This document shows positions 1 through 11,884 of a stretch of DNA of 64,000 bases, piece by piece. The notes beneath the pieces are model-generated. The model was given only the letters and a program-made list of their open reading frames with translations. It was not told where the DNA came from and ran no database searches. Made by a program: the position numbers and the translations under genes. Origin of the DNA: Thermodesulfobacteriota bacterium. Its GTDB lineage: Bacteria > Desulfobacterota_D > UBA1144 > Nemesobacterales > UBA2774. The stretch lies in assembly GCA_963422265.1 (NCBI GenBank), contig OY729416.1, positions 1,192,196 through 1,256,195 on the forward strand, given 5' to 3'. Positions within the stretch are counted from its first letter, which is position 1, and each line of letters begins with the position of its first letter.

Positions 1-35
1 AAGGAAGACGCCTTAAGGCGTCCTTCCTTTCTTCC
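1..35. terminator. Near-perfect inverted repeat (ggaagacgcc-ttaa-ggcgtccttcc) followed by a T-rich stretch; possible terminator hairpin at the window edge
   Basis: Inverted repeat read directly from the sequence; context is cut off by the window start. Confidence 0.2.
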
Positions 36-240
36 TGCCTAGAGCCAGCCCCTTGTCTCGCAATGTCCAACGCTTTCATCATAACAGATACTAAAACTCC
101 CTAGTATGATAAAATAATTTAGGCGTAATTCAAAATAATAAAGAGATTGTAAACTTGCGCGTTGAGATAATGATCCCACTGACTATTGCATACTTGGACA
201 AGAATTTTGTCACTATCCAATTACGATTACTATACGCGCC

Positions 241-1269
241 TTAGATAGGAAAGCTCCAAAGCCCTTTTTGATTTTGGGGATGGAGAATATTCAGATGCGT
301 ATAGGCAAGCGGCGTCGCCATCCTACCACGAGGGGTTTTAGCTAATAATCCCTGCCTTATCAAAAAAGGCTCGCACACTTCTTCAATTGTGTCTCTGTCT
401 TCACTCACGGCAGCGGCAATAGTATCAATACCAACGGGTCCACCTTCGAACTTTTCAATTATTGTTTCAAGTATAGTTCTATCAAGCCCATCAAGCCCTA
501 TGGAGTCAATCTCCAGCATATTAAGCGCAGATACCGCAACCTCCAAGTCTATGACGCCGTCGGCTTTAACCTCTGCAAAATCCCGCACTCGCTTTAGTAA
601 CCTGTTCGCAATTCTAGGAGTGCCGCGCGCTCGGCATGAAAGCTCTTTTATCCCTCGCTCAGTAACTTCAACCCCCAAAATACCCGCCGTTCTTATCAAT
701 ATATCTTCAATTTCCCGTGAATCGTAATAATCGAGTCGTAAATCTACCCCGAACCTCGACCTGAGTGGGGAAGTCAGAAGACCTGTCCTAGTAGTAGCTC
801 CCACCAACGTAAAATGATTTACTCCCACCTTCATTGACTTCGCCGTAGGACCCTCGCCTATCATTATATCTATCTTAAAGTCTTCCATTGCAGAGTATAA
901 ATACTCCTCCACAATGCGGTTTAATCTGTGAATTTCATCTATGAACAGAACGTCTCTCTCTTCCAGATTAGTAAGAATTGAAGCGAGATCACCCACTCTC
1001 TCTATTACGGGTCCCGAGGTGGAATAGATTTTCACTCCGAGTTCATTAGCAACAATGTGGGCAAGCGTGGTTTTGCCAAGTCCCGGCGGCCCGTAAAGAA
1101 GTGCGTGATCAAGTGTCTCACCCCTCTTTATTGTCGCTTCAATAAATACCCCTATCTTCTCTTTTACCTTGACCTGCCCCAAATAATCCCTTAGGCGACT
1201 CGGACGGAGATTGACGTCAAATAGAGCGTCTTCCTCTCTATCGTTCGGGTTGATTACTCTGCTATCCAT
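241..1269 (-). CDS. ruvB: Holliday junction branch-migration ATPase RuvB
   Basis: Walker [12 protein letters not shown], the AAA+ RuvB N- and C-domain motifs, and a 342-aa length. Confidence 0.95.
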   Translation of the reverse strand: MDSRVINPNDREEDALFDVNLRPSRLRDYLGQVKVKEKIGVFIEATIKRGETLDHALLYGPPGLGKTTLAHIVANELGVKIYSTSGPVIERVGDLASILTNLEERDVLFIDEIHRLNRIVEEYLYSAMEDFKIDIMIGEGPTAKSMKVGVNHFTLVGATTRTGLLTSPLRSRFGVDLRLDYYDSREIEDILIRTAGILGVEVTERGIKELSCRARGTPRIANRLLKRVRDFAEVKADGVIDLEVAVSALNMLEIDSIGLDGLDRTILETIIEKFEGGPVGIDTIAAAVSEDRDTIEEVCEPFLIRQGLLAKTPRGRMATPLAYTHLNILHPQNQKGLWSFPI

Positions 1270-1418
1270 AAAACCCTCTTTTCATTCTAATAAACTAAAA
1301 GCAAATCCACCCAACTCTCCTTTTCAAAAGAAGGGCGGTCTTTCATTTCTTATCAACGCTTGCACAAAACGACTCTCCGTAAAAATTTCGTAGGGACAGG
1401 CGTCGAACCTGTCCAACA

Positions 1419-2006
1419 TCATGCCTTCTTCATAAGCCTGAGGGATTCCCTAAGAGCTACTTCTATATCCTTTTCCTTTGACGTTATCGTTTCAATCTGC
1501 GAGATATGCACATCAATTTCAGGTCTTTTATATCCGAGATTCATCAACGCCGATATTACATCCTCAATAATACCCGCCTCGCTTTCAGCCTTCGCATCAG
1601 GCTCAAACCTAGAGAACTTACCCTTAAGCTCGGTCACGAGCCTAGAGGCTAGCCTCGAGCCTATTCCGGGAATCTTCCTTCCCTCAAGATCCCCTGAGCA
1701 TACAGCCCGGGCAAGGTCACCGGGAGCGACGTTTGAAAGGATACTCACCGCCAATTTAGGACCAACCCCCGAAACCCCTATAAGCAGAGAAAAGACTTCC
1801 CGCTCATCATCGTTAAGAAAGCCGAAAAGCTCAATACTACTCTCTTTCACGTTCGTTTGTATTTTTAACTCCGTTTCACTTCCCAGTTCCGGGAGTAGGT
1901 AGTAGGTAGAAAGGGGGACAGTTACGCCGTATCCAACTCCACCTACGTCTATAATTACTTTTCGGAGTGATTTATAGGCAATTCTGCCTCTAAGAAGGGA
2001 AATCAT
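1419..2006 (-). CDS. ruvA: Holliday junction DNA helicase subunit RuvA
   Basis: MISLLRGRI...VGGVGYGV N-terminus typical of RuvA; 195 aa; sits between ruvC and ruvB. Confidence 0.9.
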   Translation of the reverse strand: MISLLRGRIAYKSLRKVIIDVGGVGYGVTVPLSTYYLLPELGSETELKIQTNVKESSIELFGFLNDDEREVFSLLIGVSGVGPKLAVSILSNVAPGDLARAVCSGDLEGRKIPGIGSRLASRLVTELKGKFSRFEPDAKAESEAGIIEDVISALMNLGYKRPEIDVHISQIETITSKEKDIEVALRESLRLMKKA

Positions 2007-2535
2007 CTAGTCTAAAGCGCCTCATTCTTCTCCTTGTTTGAACAAACTCTTTTCCCAGCTTTCTCTCAATTTGGGAAAGGTTAATATGACAAAGCGCAAC
2101 AGCAACTGCATCCGAGGCGTCCTCCGTTTCAAATTCCGATATCCCGAGAATAGCGGATATCATACTTTGCACTTCGCTTTTATTCGCTCTACCTCTTCCG
2201 GTAAGGGCAAGCTTAACTCTTGTGGGGGAATACTCGTGAATTGAAATCCCAGATTTAGACGCAGCCAGAAGCGCAACGCCCCTCGCCTCCCCGAGCTTTA
2301 TAGCACTCTTTGCGTTTTTTGCGAAGAATATATCCTCAATAGACATAGCACCGGGAGCATAGTCGACTATTAACTTTATTAGGTTCTCGTAAATGACTCG
2401 CAATTTCTGATATAAAGGCAGATCCGCCTTAGGAATAATAGCCCCGTTAGCAATATGAGAGATTTCTCCATTACGGGTCTCGAGAACCCCGTAACCGCAA
2501 ACCCTTGAACCGGGGTCTATCCCAATTACCTTCAT
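1990..2535 (-). CDS. ruvC: Crossover junction endodeoxyribonuclease RuvC
   Basis: [18 protein letters not shown]-terminus (RNase H-like RuvC fold); 181 aa; overlaps the ruvA start by 17 bp. Confidence 0.9.
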   Translation of the reverse strand: MKVIGIDPGSRVCGYGVLETRNGEISHIANGAIIPKADLPLYQKLRVIYENLIKLIVDYAPGAMSIEDIFFAKNAKSAIKLGEARGVALLAASKSGISIHEYSPTRVKLALTGRGRANKSEVQSMISAILGISEFETEDASDAVAVALCHINLSQIERKLGKEFVQTRRRMRRFRLDDFPS

Positions 2536-3281
2536 TGCGTAAGGTTTTCTATTACTTCTTCTGGAACGTCAAAGTTAGAATACACATGCTGAACGTCGTC
2601 ACTGTCCTCAAGCGCTTCCATAAGACGGATCATGTGCTCAGCTTCTTTTCCCTCTACTTTGACACTATTCTGAGGAATCATAGTAACCTCTGCCGAGTCG
2701 TATTTTAGACCCGATTCTTGTATTGCGCTTTTAACGTCTTCTATGATCTCCGGCGGCGTTATAACAACGACCTCATCGTCCCCCGTCGCCACGTCTTCGG
2801 CACCAGCTTCAAGAGCCACTTCAAATACGCTGTCTTCATCAACGCTTGCTTCTTCAAAAGCGATCCTGCCCTTCATGTCAAATATCCATGCAACGCATCC
2901 ATTCTCACCTAAATTGCCACCGTGCTTTGTAAAAATCTTTCTTATATCCGCCACTGTCCGGTTTTTATTATCTGTAAGCGCCCTTACTAATACCGCGCTT
3001 CCTCCGGGACCGTAGCCTTCATAAGAAAGCTCGTAAAACTCATCTCCACCTATTTCCCTGGTCCCGCGCTTTACCGCCCTATCTATAGTATCATTGGGCA
3101 TATTATTGCCTTTAGCAGCAGTTATAGCCGTTCTTAATCGGGGATTCGTTTCAACATCTCCCCCACCCTGCTTAGCAGCTACAGTAAGTTCACGAATCAA
3201 CTTTGTAAAAACTTTACCCCGTTTTGCGTCAACTGCGGCTTTTCTATGCTTTATATTCGCCCATTTTGAATGTCCCGCCAT
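2532..3281 (-). CDS. yebC: YebC/PmpR family DNA-binding transcriptional regulator
   Basis: [15 protein letters not shown] signature start; 249 aa; classic position immediately upstream of ruvC. Confidence 0.9.
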   Translation of the reverse strand: MAGHSKWANIKHRKAAVDAKRGKVFTKLIRELTVAAKQGGGDVETNPRLRTAITAAKGNNMPNDTIDRAVKRGTREIGGDEFYELSYEGYGPGGSAVLVRALTDNKNRTVADIRKIFTKHGGNLGENGCVAWIFDMKGRIAFEEASVDEDSVFEVALEAGAEDVATGDDEVVVITPPEIIEDVKSAIQESGLKYDSAEVTMIPQNSVKVEGKEAEHMIRLMEALEDSDDVQHVYSNFDVPEEVIENLTQ

Positions 3282-3601
3282 AACAACTTAACCTCGCTTT
3301 TTAAGTACTCATTAATATTTGCATTGCTTTTTCAGTACTCATCCAAATTATATTGAAATTGTAAAGCATCTAGTGAGAATTAGCAAGCACCTAAAACCTC
3401 TGAAACTAATCAAATTCTTCAATTTCTAAAAACTTACTTGACAAAATATAAATCTAGCGTAGATAATAGTCCTGTATATATTAACTTTCATAAGCAACTC
3501 AGAGAAACTATCCCTTAGAGCATTATCGTTCATTTCCAAATTCGTTAAGCGATATTTGTTTGTATGGTAATCCTAAAATAATTAACCGAGGAACTTAGTT
3601 T

Positions 3602-4915
3602 ATGGCTAGAGCTACAAAATTGCGGGAAAAACCCGAAGATAGACATTTTGAAGAACGTTCCCGGTTTCTGAGCTTAAACGAGCTTAGGAACCACACAAGC
3701 GCGGAGCTAATGAGGAGGGCAATAGAGCTTAACATTGAAGGGGCGGCGCGCATGACAAAGCAAGATGTAACTTATGCAATACTAAAAGCCCAGAGCGAAA
3801 AAGAAGTAATCATATTTGCTGAAGGAGTGCTCGAAATACTTTCAGAAGGATACGGCTTTTTAAGATCTCCTAAATATAGCTATTTACCCGGACCAGATGA
3901 CATATACGTATCAAAATCACAAATACGCTCATTCAACCTTAAAACCGGAGACACCGTGGGAGGACAGGTCAGGCTTCCAAGGGAAGGCGAAAAAAACCTC
4001 GCCCTGTTTAAGATAGAAGAAGTGAACAACGACTCGCGCGAAGCCTGCAGAGAAAGGGTGGCATTTGAGGATCGCATCCCGCTCCATCCAGAAGAAAGAA
4101 TACACCTTGAATACGATAAGAATGAATTTTGTAGCAGGACGTTAGACTTATTCATCCCTATTGGCAAGGGACAGAGAGCCTTAATCGTGGCTCCCCCGAG
4201 AACGGGTAAAACCATACTACTTCAAAGGATTGCAAATGCAATCACGAGAAACCAACCTGAAATAGCACTTATAGTACTTCTGATAGACGAGCGTCCCGAG
4301 GAAGTAACGGACATGCAGAGGTCAGTCAAGGGAGAGGTAGTGAGTTCAACGTTCGACGAGCCTGCCCAGCGACACATCCAAGTTGCCGACATGGTTCTTG
4401 AAAAAGCAAAAAGGTTGGTTGAGCATCAAAAAGACGTGGTCATCCTACTTGATAGTCTTACCCGTCTTGCTCGCGCTAGCAATACCGTTACTCCCGCAAG
4501 TGGTAGGGTACTCTCAGGTGGCATGGAGGCTAACGCCCTGCAAAGACCGAAAAGGTTCTTTGGAGCAGCGAGAAATACGGAGGATGGCGGTAGCCTTACG
4601 ATAATAGCCACCGCACTTATAGACACTGGAAGTCGAATGGACGAAGTAATATTTGAAGAATTCAAAGGAACGGGGAACATGGAGGCTTATCTCGACAGGC
4701 GCCTTGCCGACAAAAGAGTATTCCCTGCCATTGACTTGCAACGGTCCGGAACGAGAAAAGAAGAACTCTTACTAACAGAAGAGGTACTAAATAAAATGTG
4801 GCTATTAAGAAAGGTTCTAAACCCTATGAATACAACCGAGGCTATGGAATTCCTCTTGGATAAAATAAACAATACGAAATCCAACCACGAGTTCCTCAGT
4901 ATGATGAATCAGTAA
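3602..4915 (+). CDS. rho: Transcription termination factor Rho (N-terminus about 20-35 aa longer than E. coli Rho; true start may be internal)
   Basis: RNA-binding domain plus the RecA-like ATPase [11 protein letters not shown]; 437 aa; preceded by a long 320-bp leader, as is typical for rho. Confidence 0.93.
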   Translation: MARATKLREKPEDRHFEERSRFLSLNELRNHTSAELMRRAIELNIEGAARMTKQDVTYAILKAQSEKEVIIFAEGVLEILSEGYGFLRSPKYSYLPGPDDIYVSKSQIRSFNLKTGDTVGGQVRLPREGEKNLALFKIEEVNNDSREACRERVAFEDRIPLHPEERIHLEYDKNEFCSRTLDLFIPIGKGQRALIVAPPRTGKTILLQRIANAITRNQPEIALIVLLIDERPEEVTDMQRSVKGEVVSSTFDEPAQRHIQVADMVLEKAKRLVEHQKDVVILLDSLTRLARASNTVTPASGRVLSGGMEANALQRPKRFFGAARNTEDGGSLTIIATALIDTGSRMDEVIFEEFKGTGNMEAYLDRRLADKRVFPAIDLQRSGTRKEELLLTEEVLNKMWLLRKVLNPMNTTEAMEFLLDKINNTKSNHEFLSMMNQ

Positions 4916-4948
4916 TAATCACAGTTTACGGTTCTCAGTTCTTGGTTT

Positions 4949-5905
4949 TCAAGCTGTAATCTCAAGCATCCTATAGATTGGCTTTCTAGCCTCTATAGCC
5001 GTCTTCTTAGGAACTTTGACTTCATAAATTTCTTTCTGGAGAGATTTAAGAACTTTTTCAAGCGTTATCATCTTCATATATTTACAAACAGCGTTATCCT
5101 TAGCAGGGTGAAACACTTTATCGGGGTTTTCCTTCTTTAGTCTGTGAATCATCCCCGTTTCAGTCGCTATAACGAATTCCCTAGAATTAGACTTGCTCAC
5201 GTGTTTAAGCATGCCACCAGTTGAAAGAAATTTTGCCTTGCTCTTGCCATTTTGGGATGAGCTAGTAGCGGCGTGATACATAATATTAGTTGTGCACCCG
5301 CACTCTGGGTGAATAATCATCTCCGCACCTGGATGTGAACATTGAACTCTCTGAATGTCTTGATCTCTTATCCCCGCGTGAACGTGGCACTCCCCTTGCC
5401 ATATATGCATCTTTCTCCCCGTAACCTTCGCCACGTAGGCACCCAAGAACATATCTGGCAAAAAGAGAATTTCCTTATCCTCAGAGATTGAGCTAACCAC
5501 GTTTACCGCATTAGAAGAAGTGCAGCAGTAGTCAGTCTCAGCCTTGACCTCAGCGGTTGTGTTGACGTAAGAGACTACAACCGCGTCCGGGTGCTGCTTC
5601 TTCCAGTGTCTAAGCTGCTCTGCGTCAATAGTATCGGCAAGGGAACACCCCGCATTCTCATCAGGAATTAGAACTTTTTTATCGGGGGAAATGATAGATG
5701 CCGTCTCAGCCATAAAGTGGACGCCACAAAATACTATAATATCAGCCTGTGTTTCAGCAGCTTGTCGTGAAAGTCCGAGCGAATCACCTACAAAGTCAGC
5801 TATATCTTGGACATCTGGAATCTGGTAATTGTGCGCCAGTATAACCGCATTCTTCTCGTTCTTTAGTCTTTGTATTTCTTGGGCGACTATTCTTGGGGCA
5901 GTCAT
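4949..5905 (-). CDS. nadA: Quinolinate synthase NadA
   Basis: NadA-like sequence with the conserved Cys ligands for the 4Fe-4S cluster; 318 aa; last gene of a nadB-nadC-nadA cluster. Confidence 0.9.
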   Translation of the reverse strand: MTAPRIVAQEIQRLKNEKNAVILAHNYQIPDVQDIADFVGDSLGLSRQAAETQADIIVFCGVHFMAETASIISPDKKVLIPDENAGCSLADTIDAEQLRHWKKQHPDAVVVSYVNTTAEVKAETDYCCTSSNAVNVVSSISEDKEILFLPDMFLGAYVAKVTGRKMHIWQGECHVHAGIRDQDIQRVQCSHPGAEMIIHPECGCTTNIMYHAATSSSQNGKSKAKFLSTGGMLKHVSKSNSREFVIATETGMIHRLKKENPDKVFHPAKDNAVCKYMKMITLEKVLKSLQKEIYEVKVPKKTAIEARKPIYRMLEITA

Positions 5906-5957
5906 TTTGTCTTTTCACTTTACCGCGTTCATATTATATAATATAAGTCGCTTGTTA

Positions 5958-6800
5958 TTATAACATATAAATACCTATATCTAAAGCGCGTGAGGAGTGA
6001 GTGAGAGCTCCTATAGATACAACATCCACCCCAGTCTCCGCAATGCCCTTTATAGTTTTGAGCGTAACACCCCCCGAAGCCTCGACAAGCGCCTTGCCTC
6101 TTATAATACCTACGGACTCTCTCATCTGTTCAAGCGACATGTTGTCAAGCATAATTATATCAGCTTTTACTTTTAGAGCCTCCTTTACTTGCTCTATCGT
6201 AGTCGTTTCGACCTCAATAGAAAACTTACTTCCGTATTTGCCGCGGACTGCTTGAACGGCAGCCATAATGCTACCCGCAAGTTTAATATGGTTATCTTTT
6301 ATAAGAACGCCGTCGTATAACCCTATGCGATTATTTTTTCCCCCACCAATAGATACGGCGTATTTATCCAGCATCCTAAGTCCCGGGGCCGTTTTTCTAG
6401 TATCTATTATCCCTACTGACGTGCCTTCAAGAACTTTTAGGTATTTGGAGGTTAAAGTCGCTATACCAGATAGCCTTTGAAGAATATTTAGAGCAAGTCG
6501 CTCACCCGAAAGAGCAGCTCTGACCTTCAAAGTAATCTCAGCGACTAAATCGCCGGAATCTACAACTTCTCCATCACTAAGCGCCCCAACACATCCAACA
6601 TTATGATCAAGCTTTTGGAACACTCTCTTGGCGATAGGAATACCAGCGATAACCCCACGCTCCTTAGCGCGGACGACTGCTTTACATACCTTATCTTTAT
6701 CTTTGCCAAAAAGCGCATCCGTAGTAATATCCCCCGTCCCGATATCTTCTTTGAGCGCCACGTCTATTACTTTATCAATGTGGTCACAGCTTAGATTCAT
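5958..6800 (-). CDS. nadC: Nicotinate-nucleotide pyrophosphorylase (carboxylating) NadC
   Basis: QPRTase family similarity along the full 280 aa. Confidence 0.9.
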   Translation of the reverse strand: MNLSCDHIDKVIDVALKEDIGTGDITTDALFGKDKDKVCKAVVRAKERGVIAGIPIAKRVFQKLDHNVGCVGALSDGEVVDSGDLVAEITLKVRAALSGERLALNILQRLSGIATLTSKYLKVLEGTSVGIIDTRKTAPGLRMLDKYAVSIGGGKNNRIGLYDGVLIKDNHIKLAGSIMAAVQAVRGKYGSKFSIEVETTTIEQVKEALKVKADIIMLDNMSLEQMRESVGIIRGKALVEASGGVTLKTIKGIAETGVDVVSIGALTHSSRALDIGIYML

Positions 6801-6846
6801 TTGCGCGCCTCGGTATCAATATCCTAATAATAGAACCAACGTTTAG

Positions 6847-8454
6847 TTACGAAATAGGCGTTACTTGGGGAGTTTTCCCCTTCTGCAGGATTATATGAGA
6901 CATCCATTCAGGACGCTCGGTTGGGAAGTCATCCCTAATATGAACTCCTCTAGATTCTTCCCTAAGAAGAGCAAACTCGGCAATTAGTTTGGATACCAGC
7001 AACGTCATTTTAATTTTTAGTGAATAATATCCACCCAACTCGCTAAGGACATTTGAAAGTTTATCTAGCTCCACCCTGGCGTGTAGAAGATACTCCTTAT
7101 TTCTAACTATTCCCACGTATCTGTTCATAATATTTGCATTTTTCGTTCTATTACTCAAAAAAAGCTTATGGTCTCTAGCCGAAGCCCCATAGTCCAGACC
7201 GTCGAAATCAAAATTGTGCTCGTCCCCCGAACGCTCGACGCTCATCTCCTTAATAGCACCGTCAATAGCCCTCTTAGCAAATACTATACATTCAAGAAGT
7301 GAGTTACTTGCCAACCTGTTAGCTCCATGAACCCCGGCACAGGCAACCTCACCACAGGCAAAGAGACCCTTTATATTAGTGGCTCCGTTGAGATCCGTTT
7401 TAACCCCACCAATTGTATAATGGGCAGCAGGCGCAACCGGAACCAAATCCTTTGTAATATTAATCCCAAAACGAATACACAGCTCGTATATATTCGAGAA
7501 ACGTTTTGTGACCAATTCAGAGTCAACGTGTTTTAGGTCCAAGTAAACGTAATCCTTCCCGGATTTTTTCATCTCTATGAAAATAGCGCGAGACACCTCG
7601 TCTCTCGGAGCAAGCTCGCCTAGCTCGGTATAACGCTGAAGGAACCTCTCGCCAGTAGTATTTAAGAGATAAGCCCCCTCCCCCCTTACAGCCTCGCTTA
7701 TTAAAAAACTTTCTCCACCCTCATTATAAAATGCAGTTGGATGAAACTGAACAAATTCCATATCGGTTATTTCCGCTCCAGCCCAGTATGCAAGAGCTAT
7801 GCCTTCCCCAGTAGAGCCTAATGGATTCGTAGTCCTTTCATACAATGCCGAAGCGCCACCTGAAACGAGCACAGTTGATTTAGAAATGAACACCAATGGG
7901 GTAAATTTCTCATTTAAGGCTAATGCCCCGTAACATGTCTTTGAATCAGACAAAATCTTTATTACGCACGTGCTCTCATACTTAACAATCGATGGATTGT
8001 TTTCAACCGCGGCGATTAGAAACTGGATTATCCGCCTGCCTGTAGAGCTTCCTCCAGCGTGAAGAACGCGCCTCTTTGTATGACCCCCCTCAAGTCCGAG
8101 ATCAAGCCCATCATCTCCCAAGTCAAACTTCATGCCGAGAGCGATCAAATCCATTATCCTCTTCTTTCCTTCTTCCACGAGCAACTTGACGGCAGACTCA
8201 TTATTAAGACCTCTTCCTGCCCTCATAGTATCTTCCATGTGAAGACACGCCGAGTCTCCAGAATCTACCGCAGCCGCTATACCACCTTGAGCCCAGTAGG
8301 AATTGCTTTGCTCTATAGTGGACTTTGTCAATACGCTTACCGTGCCGAACTTAGAAGCGCAAAGAGCCGCATATAAACCAGCAAGTCCACTTCCAATTAT
8401 AAGAAAATCCGAATGGATTTCCCTTACCCCTTTTTTAGGCGTCGATTTGCTCAT
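6847..8454 (-). CDS. nadB: L-aspartate oxidase NadB
   Basis: FAD-binding GSGLAGL N-terminus and a fumarate-reductase/succinate-dehydrogenase flavoprotein-like fold; 535 aa. Confidence 0.9.
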   Translation of the reverse strand: MSKSTPKKGVREIHSDFLIIGSGLAGLYAALCASKFGTVSVLTKSTIEQSNSYWAQGGIAAAVDSGDSACLHMEDTMRAGRGLNNESAVKLLVEEGKKRIMDLIALGMKFDLGDDGLDLGLEGGHTKRRVLHAGGSSTGRRIIQFLIAAVENNPSIVKYESTCVIKILSDSKTCYGALALNEKFTPLVFISKSTVLVSGGASALYERTTNPLGSTGEGIALAYWAGAEITDMEFVQFHPTAFYNEGGESFLISEAVRGEGAYLLNTTGERFLQRYTELGELAPRDEVSRAIFIEMKKSGKDYVYLDLKHVDSELVTKRFSNIYELCIRFGINITKDLVPVAPAAHYTIGGVKTDLNGATNIKGLFACGEVACAGVHGANRLASNSLLECIVFAKRAIDGAIKEMSVERSGDEHNFDFDGLDYGASARDHKLFLSNRTKNANIMNRYVGIVRNKEYLLHARVELDKLSNVLSELGGYYSLKIKMTLLVSKLIAEFALLREESRGVHIRDDFPTERPEWMSHIILQKGKTPQVTPIS

Positions 8455-8501
8455 CTAACACTCTTAAATTATAGTTTATATTATATGCTTCATAACGCTT
8501 A

Positions 8502-11174
8502 CTAGTTGCCTATAGAATTGAGCAATTCAGATTTGATTCTTTGTATTGTCTCGCTATCCTTGATTTTTTTACCTTTCATATCGGTTACGTAAAACCCGTC
8601 CACAACCTGATCTACCTTTGTAGATATCTTTGCATACTGCGTGGAAAGGCCGAGCTTCGTTATAGACTTGGTTATATCGTATAGAAGTCCACCTCTATCA
8701 TATGTGTAGACGTCAATAATAGTAGCCTTGTCCGAAGATTCATTATCTATCTCCACACGCGTAGGATAACGAGGTATAAACTTGCGATATTGGGAACCCC
8801 CCTTTTTCCTTTTAGCAACAAGTTTTTCTACTTCTATCTTGCCAACTAGAATCTCCCGCATATTACTTCTTAACTTGTCCCACACAGGGTCCTGCTCCTC
8901 AGCCATCTCGCCTAACCTATTTACGTAGAAAACATCTAATATCCTTCCGTCGTCCCTGGTTGTTATCCTAGCACCTAGAATGTTCAATCCACTTGCCCTT
9001 ATTACACCGCAGAGCTGTGAAAAAATCCCTGGCTCATCAAACCCCCAGAAGGTAAACTCGTTATACTGCTCCCTAGAATAGTATAAAACGTTCATTCCTA
9101 TTCCATCTTTGGACTCCTCAATTATACCAACGTGGTAAGCGATTTTGCGGGGAGAAAATCCCAAAAAGTAGGAAGTGGGCATATTCCTTAGGGCGGCGCG
9201 TATCTTTTTCTCGGGTATTTGTCCATCAGCAGCTTGGACTACGCTCCGGGTCACCCTCTTCTTCGTATCTTCAGGAGTTTCTTTCTTAAATTCTCCCCTT
9301 TCAAGAACCTTAGCAGTCCTTACGAAGAGCTCCTTTAATAACATTGCCTTCCAATTATTCCAAACGTTGGGTCCAACGGATTTAATATCGGCGAAGGTTA
9401 AAAGATAAAGCAAGGAAAGCATCTCCAGAGTCTTAACGGATCGTGCGAACCTCAGTATCAAGCTATAATCGTGTATGTCTCGCCTCTGTGAAAAGTGAGA
9501 CATAACCATGTGATGTTTAACCAACAATTCAAGCTGTTCGCCTTCTTTCTGAGATAGTTCCAACGTTCTAGAAAGCTTAGGAATCATGGCAGCTCCCTTC
9601 AGGGCGTGATTTCGCCCCTCGCCCTTACCCATATCGTGAAATAGACAGGCGAGATATAGAACGTGCCTATTCATAAGGGATTCAGCCGTCTTAGTTAACA
9701 GTGGAAGTTCCTTCTCGTATTTATAACTCAGCAAGTTTTCAATCTCCTTTATCATCATAATTGAATGGACGTCCACCGTATAAACGTGATAAGCGTCGTG
9801 CTGCACCATGCAAACTATCTTACCAAATTCAGGAATATAAGAACCCAAAAGTCTAAGCCTATTCATTTCAAATAGTGAGTTCGCTACGTTCTTTCCCGTT
9901 TTAAGGAGTCTCAGAAAAGAGGCGTTAAGTTCTGGATCAGATATAACCTTCTCATCTATAGTAATTCTAACAATCTCGTCCCTTATAAGCCCTTCCAGAT
10001 AATTACTCATACGAACCCCATGCCTATTGGCATATTCAAAAGCGCGCATTAGATTCGATGGCTTTTCTCCAAAGGCAGCAGGACTAGTAACCGAGAGCAC
10101 CCCGCTTTGAATTATAAAACCATGTTGTAGTAACGTTTTCTTAGAAGTCTTAATAGTCGCCCTAGTGTCTTCAGTGCACTTCTCTATCAACCTTTTTGAT
10201 CTCTCTCTGACGTCGTTTGCCCTTAGATAATAACTTCTCATAAACATTTCGATTGCGAGACGCTTAGTGTTCGAAAAACCGAGAAACTTTGCGAGCTCTT
10301 CCTGAAGTTCAAAAGTTAGTCTGTCCTCACGCCTCCCTGCTAGGTAGTGAAGCTCTGAGCGAACAAGGAGAAGAAAGCCAAGATCCTCTTCAAATCCCCT
10401 AAGTTCTTCTTCAACTAACACCCCCTTAGAGGTCAGCTCCGCAAAGCTCTTTACCTTATACTTGGCTTGTGCAATCCAGAGGGCTGAATTTATATCTCTA
10501 AGACCACCTTCCCCTTCTTTAACGTTAGGCTCTAGCAGATAAATTGACCCTCCGAACTTGCTAAGCCTATTCTCATTCTCTTTTATTTTACGCCGAATAA
10601 ACTTAGCCGAGACTGAAGGCAACAAATCACGGAAGAGCTTATCGTCAAAGAGCAAATACAAATTCCTATCCCCGTAAATAAACCTGCCGTCGAGAAGCGA
10701 CGTCAGTATAGTGGTATCATCGCTATCCTCGCTAGAAAGCTCCATACACTCATCTATTGTTCTAACCGAGTGTCCGACGTCAAGATTTAGATCCCAAAGT
10801 AGGTAAAGCAGTTTTTCAGTAACGTGTTTTGCGAGAGTTTTATTGCGCTTCTTGTAAAGGAACATCAAATCTATATCAGAATAAGGACATAATTCCCTTC
10901 TCCCATAACCTCCGAGTGCTAGTATAGAGATATTTTTAATGTCCCTGAAACCGAGTTGAGTTAACGCTTGCCAAATGAGTCTATCAATAATGTCAGACTG
11001 CATTTTCGCAAGGATTCTGCCCGAAAGAGCTCTTTCATGTTTAGCTTGTTTATTATGAATCTTTCTAAGCCCGTCTCGCTTACGAATAAGCCTTTGTTTA
11101 ATCTGTTCACTCAAGCTATTTTGATCAAGCGCTAAACTGTCGGATTTCTTCATCTTACCTCCACTATCCCGCAA
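8502..11174 (-). CDS. glnD: Bifunctional [protein-PII] uridylyltransferase/uridylyl-removing enzyme GlnD
   Basis: 890 aa with a nucleotidyltransferase domain, an HD domain (HD...H motifs) and two C-terminal ACT domains. Confidence 0.9.
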   Translation of the reverse strand: MRDSGGKMKKSDSLALDQNSLSEQIKQRLIRKRDGLRKIHNKQAKHERALSGRILAKMQSDIIDRLIWQALTQLGFRDIKNISILALGGYGRRELCPYSDIDLMFLYKKRNKTLAKHVTEKLLYLLWDLNLDVGHSVRTIDECMELSSEDSDDTTILTSLLDGRFIYGDRNLYLLFDDKLFRDLLPSVSAKFIRRKIKENENRLSKFGGSIYLLEPNVKEGEGGLRDINSALWIAQAKYKVKSFAELTSKGVLVEEELRGFEEDLGFLLLVRSELHYLAGRREDRLTFELQEELAKFLGFSNTKRLAIEMFMRSYYLRANDVRERSKRLIEKCTEDTRATIKTSKKTLLQHGFIIQSGVLSVTSPAAFGEKPSNLMRAFEYANRHGVRMSNYLEGLIRDEIVRITIDEKVISDPELNASFLRLLKTGKNVANSLFEMNRLRLLGSYIPEFGKIVCMVQHDAYHVYTVDVHSIMMIKEIENLLSYKYEKELPLLTKTAESLMNRHVLYLACLFHDMGKGEGRNHALKGAAMIPKLSRTLELSQKEGEQLELLVKHHMVMSHFSQRRDIHDYSLILRFARSVKTLEMLSLLYLLTFADIKSVGPNVWNNWKAMLLKELFVRTAKVLERGEFKKETPEDTKKRVTRSVVQAADGQIPEKKIRAALRNMPTSYFLGFSPRKIAYHVGIIEESKDGIGMNVLYYSREQYNEFTFWGFDEPGIFSQLCGVIRASGLNILGARITTRDDGRILDVFYVNRLGEMAEEQDPVWDKLRSNMREILVGKIEVEKLVAKRKKGGSQYRKFIPRYPTRVEIDNESSDKATIIDVYTYDRGGLLYDITKSITKLGLSTQYAKISTKVDQVVDGFYVTDMKGKKIKDSETIQRIKSELLNSIGN

Positions 11175-11252
11175 CAGGAGCGTGCCGAAGCAGTTTCATG
11201 ATTAAGCATATATGCAGGATAGACTACAGGACAAGTTCTGGAGCAATCCATT

Positions 11253-11849
11253 CTACAATTTTATGCTAACTGAAACCCCATCTCTAATAGGTATAATTGT
11301 TGTGTAAAAGCCCTCGTGAGACATAATAAGACGCGTAAACTCCCTAATCCCTTCACTGGATTCTGACTTGTCACTGGTTAGCACCCTTCCGCTCCATAGT
11401 AGATTATCTGTAATAAGAAGCCCCCCTTTTTGCAGTATGCGATAAGACTCGTCAACTACACTAGGATAAAGCTCTTTATCTATATCGTTGAAAATAATAT
11501 CAAATCGCTCTTCAGCACACTCCAAAAAAAATAAGGCGTCACCTTCATAAACGTCAACCCTTTCCCTAACGCCCATCCTTGTGAGAAACTCATTTGCGAG
11601 TTTTATATTATCGCTAGAATACTCCGTTATATAAACTCTCCCACTATCGCCTATAGCCTTGGCGAACCAATAAGCCGAATAGCCAAATCCTGATCCTAGC
11701 TCTAAAACCTTCTTAGCCCCTGCGATTTTTGTGATCTGATATAAGAATCGTCCTACAAGCGGCCCTATTATCGGAAATTCATTCTCCTCCGCCCATTTTT
11801 CCATCCCCAATAGAGCATCGTCCCTACTAGTATCGCCAAGGCTTTGCAA
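11253..11849 (-). CDS. Class I SAM-dependent O-methyltransferase (caffeoyl-CoA OMT-like, COG4122)
   Basis: VLELGSGFGYSAYW SAM-binding motif I; about 198 aa, typical of O-methyltransferase family 3. Confidence 0.75.
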   Translation of the reverse strand: MQSLGDTSRDDALLGMEKWAEENEFPIIGPLVGRFLYQITKIAGAKKVLELGSGFGYSAYWFAKAIGDSGRVYITEYSSDNIKLANEFLTRMGVRERVDVYEGDALFFLECAEERFDIIFNDIDKELYPSVVDESYRILQKGGLLITDNLLWSGRVLTSDKSESSEGIREFTRLIMSHEGFYTTIIPIRDGVSVSIKL

Positions 11850-11884
11850 ATACGCCTCTACCTTAGGATTTACAATATAAGTAT

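Noticed and set aside
389-727. Numerous 60-180-aa ORFs antisense to, or overlapping, well-supported genes (for example 389..727, 1360..1902, 3880..4215, 17757..18032, 21130..21522, 29739..30071, 36657..37121, 41828..42118)
   Set aside because: They lie entirely within confidently assigned genes on the other strand, have low-complexity Ser/Pro/Leu-rich translations and no motifs. They are typical shadow ORFs.
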